Of a DNA stretch of 64,000 bases, positions 56,620 through 64,000 are shown in pieces. The notes under the pieces were generated by a model, which saw only the letters and a program-made list of their open reading frames with translations, searched no databases and was not told the origin of the DNA. The stretch spans positions 84,608-148,607 of the forward strand of contig JAUYHT010000008.1 in assembly GCA_030688545.1 (NCBI GenBank), written 5' to 3'. A program made the translations under genes and the position numbers. The number at the start of each line of letters is the position of its first letter. Within the stretch, counting starts at the first letter, position 1. This DNA is from Candidatus Iainarchaeum sp. (GTDB taxonomy: Archaea; Iainarchaeota; Iainarchaeia; Iainarchaeales; VGJJ01).

Positions 56620-59496
56620 ATGGAAGCCAAACTCCCCCCCAAAATGCCCTGGGTGGAAAAATACCGCCCTCACGCTCTCAAGGATGTAATCGGGCAACCT
56701 GAAATCGTTCCCCGACTTGAACGGTATGTGGCCACCCGGGATCTGCCGCACCTCATGTTCGCGGGGCACGCGGGAATAGGGAAGACATCAGCGGCCGTGG
56801 CATTGGCCAAAGAACTATTTGGTGAAGAGTGGGGGCAGAACTTCATGGAGCTCAACAGCTCGGACGACCGGGGCATTGATGTCGTAAGGGGCACCATCAA
56901 GGATTTCGCGCGCACGCTAGCGTTCAATGCGGATTTCAAGATCATATTTTTAGATGAGTGCGACGCACTCACCGCGGATGCCCAACAGGCTTTGCGTCGA
57001 ACGATGGAAAAATATTCCAGGACGGTTCGCTTTATTCTTTCGTGCGTAACACCCGAAACACGTATCGCAACACCTGAAGAAACTGAAATGACAATAGGCG
57101 AATACTTTGAGCGATTTGAAGAAAAAAAAATAAAACATGTTTTCAATGTCCACGAAAAAAGGAGCAAAGCAAAAACTGATTTGGTCTTGGCAGCCTTAAA
57201 ACAGAATCCAAAAATGAATGGAAAAAAAGTTATGGAAATACAAACGAATACTGGACGCACCCTCCACGTAACGGACGACCACCCCCTCTTCACGAGTGAA
57301 GGATGGAAAAAAGTCAAGGACCTCCAAATGAAAGAAAAGATCGTTATATTTCCGGCACTGGAAACTACTTCTTATCCAACTGATATTCGACCATTATTTG
57401 ATATTGAAGAATTTGAGCGATTCCTCGAGAACCTGGAGGTGCGTCCACGTCTAAATCTCACCAACGCTACCCAATTCAGACAGTTAACCGCCATGGACAA
57501 ACGGAAAATGGTTGATAAAATACACGAATATTACTCCTTCATTTCATCGGGAAAAGGAGTTACGCCACGAGAGTTAAAACTTTTGTCATTTATTCCAACC
57601 GATAAAAATATTTCCCGTGCCTCGTTAGCACAACATATGCAGCTATCGCGCATTCGTACCGTGCAACTACTACAAGTATTAGAATCCAAGGGGTTTGTCC
57701 GACGCACAATAGAAGGAAAAATCCATTCATTTTGCCGCACAAATGAAATCCCACGCAAAATAAGGAACTTTAGGGATATCCAAAATGAAATCAAAAAACA
57801 ATTTGGAATTAGTGTTTCTTATACCGAAGTCCAAAAGCTGGCACGACGGGAAGTAGTGTTTGAAGGAAAAACAGCCGGAACCCTGAACGAATTAACAAAA
57901 AAAGAACTGTTAACCCTCCGTTGTGATGATGAAAAAACGTTTGCTCTCATCCGAGTCCTTGGATTTGTATTTGGTGACGGCCACATCATCCATAACCACC
58001 AACGCATTTGGTTCAGTGGAAATACGGATGCGCTAGACGAAGTCCGCAACGATCTCAAAAAGCTGGGTTTCACTCCCAGCCCCACCCAGACCAAACAGAT
58101 TCGCGGGAACATTGGAGGAAGACAATTCGATGGCGAAACGACATTTATGTTTCTTGATTCGCGTCCCCTGGGATACTTGCTTGCCTTTTTGGGGGCATCA
58201 ACGGGAGATAAAGTAATCACGCCGTATTCCCTACCCTCTATAGTTAAAACAGGAAACCGTCTAATCAAGCGCGAATTCCTTCGTGCATTATTCGGATGCG
58301 AAGGTTATTCGCCGCGAATAACATACAAGAGTTTGGAAGCCATCACGTTGCGCATGCACAAGGATTTTATTCTCCGATCAAATATGCTCGCATTTTTTGG
58401 CGATCTCCAAACCTTATTGAAGGAATTCGACGTTGACTCCTACTTAGGGATAAACTCAACATCCTACACACGAAAAGATGGACAAAAATCTGAAATCCAC
58501 GAACTTATCATTACTCCCAATGAAGAAAACACCTATCGCTTCTTGAGTCGAGTTGGATACGCATTCGAAATAGCTAAAATGAACAAAGCACGATTGGTGG
58601 GAGAATATTTACGCTATAAAAGTGCTAACCTAATGCGCCAAAAAAAGAAAGCGGAAGAAATCGTTGTATTATTAAAGGATGGATATACCAAAAGCGCCAT
58701 CGCACGTATCGTTGATTGTTCAAGAGACTTCGTTGTTGGCCAATCTTTAGGAAAGCAAGTTCATTCACCGCACGACTTCTTATCTTATGAAAAATGGAAA
58801 GATAAATACGGTTTCAAAGAAGGCCTTGTATTCAATGAAATCACATCCATGCACGAAATTGAGGTTCCGTTTGTCATGGATATCACATGCCATAACGATC
58901 ACAATTTTATCGCGAATGGTATTATGGCCCATAATTGCAATTTTTCATCTCGGATAATCGAACCCATCCAAAGCCGGTGTGTCGTGTTCCGATTCCGCCC
59001 GCTGCGAAAGGTGGACCTGGAAAAGCAATTGCGATTAATCGCTGAAAAAGAGGGGGTGGTGCTGGAACCCAAAGCCATCGACGCCATAGAATATGTGAGC
59101 GAGGGGGATATGCGCAAGGCCATCAACGTGCTGCAGGCGGCCGCGACGCTTGAAAAAAAGGTCACTGAAACCATCGTGTACAACGTGGCCAACAAAGCGC
59201 AACCAAAAGAAGTGAAGGAAATGATCCATGCCGCCCTGAAGGGGAAATTCATGGACGCCCGGGAAAAACTGGATTACCTCATGCTAGAGAACGGGTTATC
59301 CGGGGAAGATATCATCAAACAGATCCACAAGGAAGTCCTGGATTGGGACGAAAACGAATTGGACTCCCAGACCAAAATTCGCCTTGTCGACCGAATTGGA
59401 GAATACGACTTCCGCCTCGTGGAAGGGGCCAATGAACGCATCCAGCTCGAAGCCTTGCTCGCCCAGATGGGCTTGGTTGCGAGTGAGAAGAAATAA
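56620..59496 (+). CDS. rfcS: replication factor C small subunit with one intein (mature exteins 141 + 186 = 327 aa)
   Basis: PWVEKYRP, Walker [14 protein letters not shown]-like FLDECD, intein inserted after RFILS and before [15 protein letters not shown]. Likely true start at MPWVEKYRP (56644). Confidence 0.9.
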   Translation: MEAKLPPKMPWVEKYRPHALKDVIGQPEIVPRLERYVATRDLPHLMFAGHAGIGKTSAAVALAKELFGEEWGQNFMELNSSDDRGIDVVRGTIKDFARTLAFNADFKIIFLDECDALTADAQQALRRTMEKYSRTVRFILSCVTPETRIATPEETEMTIGEYFERFEEKKIKHVFNVHEKRSKAKTDLVLAALKQNPKMNGKKVMEIQTNTGRTLHVTDDHPLFTSEGWKKVKDLQMKEKIVIFPALETTSYPTDIRPLFDIEEFERFLENLEVRPRLNLTNATQFRQLTAMDKRKMVDKIHEYYSFISSGKGVTPRELKLLSFIPTDKNISRASLAQHMQLSRIRTVQLLQVLESKGFVRRTIEGKIHSFCRTNEIPRKIRNFRDIQNEIKKQFGISVSYTEVQKLARREVVFEGKTAGTLNELTKKELLTLRCDDEKTFALIRVLGFVFGDGHIIHNHQRIWFSGNTDALDEVRNDLKKLGFTPSPTQTKQIRGNIGGRQFDGETTFMFLDSRPLGYLLAFLGASTGDKVITPYSLPSIVKTGNRLIKREFLRALFGCEGYSPRITYKSLEAITLRMHKDFILRSNMLAFFGDLQTLLKEFDVDSYLGINSTSYTRKDGQKSEIHELIITPNEENTYRFLSRVGYAFEIAKMNKARLVGEYLRYKSANLMRQKKKAEEIVVLLKDGYTKSAIARIVDCSRDFVVGQSLGKQVHSPHDFLSYEKWKDKYGFKEGLVFNEITSMHEIEVPFVMDITCHNDHNFIANGIMAHNCNFSSRIIEPIQSRCVVFRFRPLRKVDLEKQLRLIAEKEGVVLEPKAIDAIEYVSEGDMRKAINVLQAAATLEKKVTETIVYNVANKAQPKEVKEMIHAALKGKFMDAREKLDYLMLENGLSGEDIIKQIHKEVLDWDENELDSQTKIRLVDRIGEYDFRLVEGANERIQLEALLAQMGLVASEKK
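57043..58935 (+). mobile_element. intein (631 aa) with LAGLIDADG homing-endonuclease domain
   Basis: Starts with Cys (CVTPE...), ends ...MAHN followed by Cys+1. Two LAGLIDADG-like motifs ([25 protein letters not shown]). Confidence 0.8.
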
Positions 59497-59623
59497 GAAC
59501 CTCGACGCGCCATCTGAAAATGGCCAAAGATCGACCGGTCGCGCGAAAACACCAACCGAATCACCTATAAAGAAACAAAAAACCGTGCATTTGGACAAGA
59601 TTTAAATTAAGCCAAACAATGCC

Positions 59624-60931
59624 ATGTTCATGCCCCAAAAAAACCGATTGGCGTCGAGACAAGAAAGGGTATTGCGGAAAATAGGATTGATGCCATTAAC
59701 CTCTACTAAAGAAATTTCCACGCGTTTTGGAATATCAATTAATAACCTCAAAATTATTGAGAGATTACATGCGGGAAGGTTAGAAACCAAAAGAGGATTA
59801 ATCGAAAAGTTTTCAAGGGACCCCAACAAAAATCGTCTTTTAACGCACCCAAAATTATGGGCATTGCATCGAACCATGGAACTGGCACCCCTTTTAACCG
59901 CTAGGGAAATACATGAACAACTGGAAAGAGAAAAAAAACACCACCCTCACCTTTCCTCGCTAAAAATTCCGTCCGAAAATATGATAAATTTGACAATTAA
60001 AAATTTAAAACTCCGCACCGAAGAACAGGAAAAGATATTGCTTCGAAAAAGATATGATAAAAGAAGAAGGCCCATCAACGAATTGACTCCGGAGCAACGA
60101 CAGATGCTAGCCGATGCCGCAAAACCCCTTATTGAAAGATATTGGAGTAAGATACGAAGAAATTATGGAGACGAATTGGCTGACATCATCCGTGACCATA
60201 TTCAGGACGAAACCAAGTATGTTCGAATTCCCGCCCATTTATCAAAAGAAGAGATGGAACACGCATGGTTGGCCTACCTGAAAAAAGGACAACGCTACTT
60301 TTTTCTGCGAGGGGTAGCCATTCTCCGATCGCGCACAAAAGGAAAGCGCCGCATTCAGTTTCCCGAAGGAGAAATTCCTAATATTGAAATCGAAGCACTC
60401 CAACCGATAGAAAGAGAAATGGAATTCCCTCCCGACATAACGTTTCCTACCCGCTTAAGTCGACGAGAAGGGCAAGTATTGCAGTTATTGAAAGAAGGAA
60501 AAACGCGAAAGCAGATTGCTGTAATACAAGGGGTAGGAACCGCTGCTATCGGTGCTACTGTAAGTAGGATTCGAAAAAAAATAAAAATAGGAGGTGGCGA
60601 AGAAACACCCCGCCCATCAGAAAAAACCTCACTCCCAATAAAAAAAGCTATTCGCAGACCACTTGATCCTCCAAAACAACAAAAATATCCAGAAACACAT
60701 ATTGGTGACCCTATTCGACGAGCCATCATTACCTACCTTTCAAAGAGAGCAGGAACCTATTATTCACGAGGGAGATTAAAGCAAAGAATACGTGAGGAGT
60801 TTCCAAGTCCACATCCATCTACATTTTGGAAAAAACGTGTCATGCCCCAAATCCAATACTTATTAGAAAATGGCTGGATTGAGGAAGAAATCATCCAAGG
60901 GAAAGTACCTTGGTACCGGTTGAAAACCTAA
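59624..60931 (+). CDS. multi-HTH protein (N-terminal sigma-r4-like HTH, central LuxR/GerE-type HTH, C-terminal winged helix)
   Basis: LSRREGQVLQLLKEGKTRKQIAVIQGVGTAAIGATVSRIRKKI (LuxR-type); N-terminal RLASRQERVLRKIGLMPLTSTKEISTRFGISINNLKIIERL. Confidence 0.55.
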   Translation: MFMPQKNRLASRQERVLRKIGLMPLTSTKEISTRFGISINNLKIIERLHAGRLETKRGLIEKFSRDPNKNRLLTHPKLWALHRTMELAPLLTAREIHEQLEREKKHHPHLSSLKIPSENMINLTIKNLKLRTEEQEKILLRKRYDKRRRPINELTPEQRQMLADAAKPLIERYWSKIRRNYGDELADIIRDHIQDETKYVRIPAHLSKEEMEHAWLAYLKKGQRYFFLRGVAILRSRTKGKRRIQFPEGEIPNIEIEALQPIEREMEFPPDITFPTRLSRREGQVLQLLKEGKTRKQIAVIQGVGTAAIGATVSRIRKKIKIGGGEETPRPSEKTSLPIKKAIRRPLDPPKQQKYPETHIGDPIRRAIITYLSKRAGTYYSRGRLKQRIREEFPSPHPSTFWKKRVMPQIQYLLENGWIEEEIIQGKVPWYRLKT

Positions 60932-61009
60932 AAAACCAAATCCGCTGCTGAATGTTGGCACAATTCAACCGTTTTGAAACCTACGGCGGTTTGGTCCCGA
61001 TAAAATTAA

Positions 61010-61327
61010 ATGGATAAAAATGAAGGTCACCATATGTCTGATATTGAGCACGAAAATGAAGCCTATGAGGAGCTCAAGGATTTCCTTGAGAATCGGTTCA
61101 ATAATTTTCATTATACCATCATTGTCGGCCTCGGCCGAATTGAAAATGACAAAGAGATATATGCCATGGGATTCACATTATCGAATACGGATGCGCATAC
61201 ACCCTTTGGTATTATTAAGGGAATAATTGCTAATATAATAGCTGAATATCAGCAATTGATCGACCAGTATGAGCCAAACCCCGCCCCCTCGCTTTTCAAA
61301 ACAAAAGGAGAAAAACCAAATGCCTAA
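61010..61327 (+). CDS. hypothetical protein (105 aa)
   Basis: Coherent ORF; its stop overlaps the ATG of a further 44-aa ORF (61322..61456). Confidence 0.35.
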   Translation: MDKNEGHHMSDIEHENEAYEELKDFLENRFNNFHYTIIVGLGRIENDKEIYAMGFTLSNTDAHTPFGIIKGIIANIIAEYQQLIDQYEPNPAPSLFKTKGEKPNA

Positions 61328-61419
61328 CATTACCCGCATTCGTGTTCCGATTGACCGTCTCGATTTACTCCGAGTTCCTTTTCCAAAAGAAATACTCGTG
61401 GATGCTAAAAAGGAAATGG

Positions 61420-62697
61420 CTAAAAAAAATCAAGCAAACGACGCTGATGCATAATCCGATCCAGCAATTTTGAATTTTTCTTCCATTCCTTCAAAGGAAT
61501 GGTCAATTTTGATCCGAGTGCCTGTAACGCCGGTTCCAACGAATCGAATAAATATGAAGACTGTTCCATGGCGTTTCGCACATTCTGGCGACACTGCCAA
61601 ACACCCATAGGTTGTTGATACCCGGGCCCAATCTCCCGGAAGATTATGGCCGCGGCTTGCCGGCGGTTCTCTTTCATCCACTCAAGCACCGCGAGGCGCG
61701 TAGCATAATATCCTCCTGCCACATTCTCGGCATAATTTTTCCGCCCATCAAAGAATTCATGATCGCAACTCATGTGCACATTCGTCATCTCCTGCGCCCA
61801 AAAGGAACCCGGGCGATATGCTTCCATGATGTCGAATCCCCATTCCCGAGGAAGGAGGAGAACATAGAAATGATTATCCAAAAAATGGGATTCAAAAAGA
61901 CGGAACTCATCAATCTGAGAAAAATCCTTGATTTGGTCGATGAGATATTTGCCGATGGTGTCGTCGGATACGGTGATGCTCCAGCGCGTGGGAGTCAATT
62001 TTCGGTTCGCCATCACCCCCAACGTACCCGCGCTCAACAGTTTGTACAAATGATGCACAGGAATATCTTTCTCGTATAATTCCTGCATCGCGGTGGCGGC
62101 CTTGACCTGGTGATCACTGACCAAATACTCCACCTTATCGGGAATGTGGGGGTTTTCCTGCAACGAAAAATGTTTCATGGGCGCCTGTGGACCCATGGGG
62201 GGTGTGTCATGGGAGAATTCCAGTTTGGACATCGGGCTTTTTGTCAATTCCACTTCCACCTCCACCTTTTGGGAAGCCATGGCAATCTCCTGGATCTTCT
62301 GCAACTCATTGGAAGGATTGCGCGCGGCATGAATCGACATAGGAAGGTTGGACCGAATTAATTGGGAGCGGAATCCCACCAGTTCATCCAATGGCCTCCC
62401 GAACCAGCGCTCCGGGTTGTCCAACAGGTCCGCGGCGTCCGCATCCAAGGAGAACGTGGGGGCCATGGGGGCAATTTTAACCTTGGGATAACCATGATGG
62501 GAGACGAATAACGAGGGAGGGGAACTCCCTGAAAATACCTTTCCTTTCATCCGCGAAATGGTGCGCTGTTGCCCCTCATGCTTCTCCAAAACCCAGCATA
62601 TGGGCCCACACCACAAGCGCCCACGGCACTTGACACACGTTTCGGGGGAGGGCTTGAGGGGCTGCATACCTAGGTAAAGACAAAACGGGCTTTTCAA
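61420..62697 (-). CDS. Nre-family-like DNA repair protein with N-terminal Cys cluster and C-terminal PIP box
   Basis: CVKCRGRLWCGPICW zinc-binding-like motif near the N-terminus; extreme C-terminus QRRLLDFF matches the canonical PCNA-interacting motif Qxx[LIM]xx[FY][FY]. Confidence 0.5.
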   Translation of the reverse strand: MKSPFCLYLGMQPLKPSPETCVKCRGRLWCGPICWVLEKHEGQQRTISRMKGKVFSGSSPPSLFVSHHGYPKVKIAPMAPTFSLDADAADLLDNPERWFGRPLDELVGFRSQLIRSNLPMSIHAARNPSNELQKIQEIAMASQKVEVEVELTKSPMSKLEFSHDTPPMGPQAPMKHFSLQENPHIPDKVEYLVSDHQVKAATAMQELYEKDIPVHHLYKLLSAGTLGVMANRKLTPTRWSITVSDDTIGKYLIDQIKDFSQIDEFRLFESHFLDNHFYVLLLPREWGFDIMEAYRPGSFWAQEMTNVHMSCDHEFFDGRKNYAENVAGGYYATRLAVLEWMKENRRQAAAIIFREIGPGYQQPMGVWQCRQNVRNAMEQSSYLFDSLEPALQALGSKLTIPLKEWKKNSKLLDRIMHQRRLLDFF

Positions 62698-62731
62698 GGT
62701 TTGGACGGTCTATCGCCGAGGAAAACGTTAA

Positions 62732-63790
62732 ATGGGTGGATTGGGTCAATCCCCCATGACCCGATCCTCCCGGTTGCCCAGCGAGCGATTCCATCGCCGG
62801 CCATCAACGCGAGAAAGGACACGTGCCGCTCTACTAGCACGAACGAAAAAGGGATGGCTGGAACGCCTTCACGAACCGCCCCCCTGGTGGGAGAAAGGAA
62901 AACTGTTGGATTATAGAACTAAAAGATGGAATGAGGTGGAAGAAGGCATTCGTTCTACCAGTCCCGAAAAATACGCAGAAGCCGAGCGTCAGTTAAAAAA
63001 CCATTTTGATTATCAAGCTGAATACGCGATTAGAAAATATTTTGAATTGAGACCAAACACCCCCTATTCATTTGAAGAAATATATACGCGCATGCTCGAA
63101 AGACATTATTTCAACTTTTTGACAGCAGCCAAAGAAAATTTATCTGGTTCCTCTTATATTCTTGCAAGAATGAGCCTTGCCATCGGGCCGGAAAAAAGGG
63201 TTCTTGAAAGTTTTGAACAACAAAATCTACCAAAAGCAAGTCGCTTTACGAGCCACCCACGTTTTGGCAAAGCGAGTTCCAGAAAAATATCTTTACTTGG
63301 AATACTTCCCCCCCACATCCCGACAACGCCTAGCCGACCGGACATCGTGCATTACCTATCTGGGATACCTGAACCCAACCGGACCATTGTGATGCGCTAT
63401 TTCGGAGTAGGGACAGCACCCGAAACACTAGCTTCCATTGCAAAAGATTATGGCGTAACTGGGGTAAGAATTCGCCAACGGATTCGACGCTCGCTCGAAA
63501 TCATCCGCACCAGAACGCGGCCACCAAAATCAAAAAAAAAGATTATCCGACGGAGGCGGAATGAACTCATTCGGGAAACCCTTGAAATATTCATGAAAAA
63601 GGGGGAAGGTTCTATAAAAATGATCAAATCCAGAGACCTATTTTCCCTATTGCGATTAACATATCCGGCAATTAACTATTCCACTTTTATTCGGCTGCTA
63701 ACTCAACTGGAAAGAGAGGATCGAATCGACCATATCGCTTATGGGGTATACACCCTCCGCCCGAAAGGGCGGCCGAGGAAAGACCATTAA
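62732..63790 (+). CDS. HTH protein with sigma-70 region-4-like domain plus C-terminal winged helix
   Basis: NRTIVMRYFGVGTAPETLASIAKDYGVTGVRIRQRIRRSLEIIR closely follows the sigma70_r4 consensus. Confidence 0.55.
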   Translation: MGGLGQSPMTRSSRLPSERFHRRPSTRERTRAALLARTKKGWLERLHEPPPWWEKGKLLDYRTKRWNEVEEGIRSTSPEKYAEAERQLKNHFDYQAEYAIRKYFELRPNTPYSFEEIYTRMLERHYFNFLTAAKENLSGSSYILARMSLAIGPEKRVLESFEQQNLPKASRFTSHPRFGKASSRKISLLGILPPHIPTTPSRPDIVHYLSGIPEPNRTIVMRYFGVGTAPETLASIAKDYGVTGVRIRQRIRRSLEIIRTRTRPPKSKKKIIRRRRNELIRETLEIFMKKGEGSIKMIKSRDLFSLLRLTYPAINYSTFIRLLTQLEREDRIDHIAYGVYTLRPKGRPRKDH

Positions 63791-63815
63791 AACCCATCCT
63801 CCCGGAAGATAGGCT

Positions 63816-64000
63816 ATGGGCGAAACCGTTTCCCTGACCCTTCCTGACGGAAAAAAAATAGAGATGGAGAGAGGAACGACCGTGCGCCAAGCGGTGGAAA
63901 AAATTGGGCCGCGCCTGGCGAAAGACGCGCTCGCCGCATCCCTGAATGGGAAGCTCGTGGACCTATTCAGCGAAGTCATTACGGAGGCCGAATTAAAGGT
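63816..64000 (+). CDS. thrS: threonyl-tRNA synthetase, N-terminal TGS domain (partial; continues beyond window)
   Basis: MGETVSLTLPDGKKIEMERGTTVRQAVEKIGPRLAKDALAASLNGKLVDL matches the ThrRS N-terminal TGS consensus. Confidence 0.7.
   Translation, partial: MGETVSLTLPDGKKIEMERGTTVRQAVEKIGPRLAKDALAASLNGKLVDLFSEVITEAELK

Overview
This window looks like an archaeal chromosomal segment. Supporting genes include the archaeal-type DnaG primase, the Holliday-junction resolvase Hjc, NurA, HerA and Rad50, the RNA polymerase subunit RpoK, ribosomal protein eS17, aEF-1beta with its usual zinc-ribbon neighbour, peptidyl-tRNA hydrolase Pth2, the class I CCA-adding enzyme, Pelota, ABCE1/RLI, Elp3, an RFC small subunit interrupted by a LAGLIDADG intein, and a thrS 5' fragment. 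The core is about 50-55% GC and is densely packed, with many overlapping start/stop codons and TATA boxes at about -26 before start codons (leaderless-type promoters).

A tRNA-Arg(TCG) gene at 18578-18652 is followed directly by an intact tyrosine integrase. From there to about 39.9 kb the sequence shifts to lower GC (about 35-45%) and looks like an integrated accessory island. Its contents are a MacB-type ABC export operon with a CARDB-like surface protein, a TGA-interrupted NmrA-like gene, a tightly coupled plasmid/virus-like module (ribbon-helix-helix protein, small zinc-ribbon ORFs, a 538-aa Walker-A protein), a DUF3800-like protein, several uncharacterized genes including a HEPN-like candidate, an AbrB-like plus small transmembrane protein pair, a CDA-fold deaminase, a GDSL-type esterase/lipase (SGNH) hydrolase, CutA and a metallo-beta-lactamase (MBL) hydrolase. 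It ends near a VapBC pair.

The most unusual observations are below.
- Three dispersed paralog-like multi-HTH proteins whose HTH resembles sigma-70 region 4/LuxR, one of which also has a possible region-2-like segment, in an archaeal background.
- A membrane-anchored Hjc-like PD-(D/E)xK nuclease, paired with an unknown gene.
- A PCNA-binding Nre-like protein with a canonical C-terminal PIP box.
- A disrupted DSB-repair neighbourhood: nurA-herA, then a His-rich unknown, then rpoK-rps17e, with rad50 inverted and mre11 absent.
- Proline/serine-rich low-complexity insertions inside conserved enzymes (DnaG, FlaI-type ATPase).

No rRNA or CRISPR array was seen.
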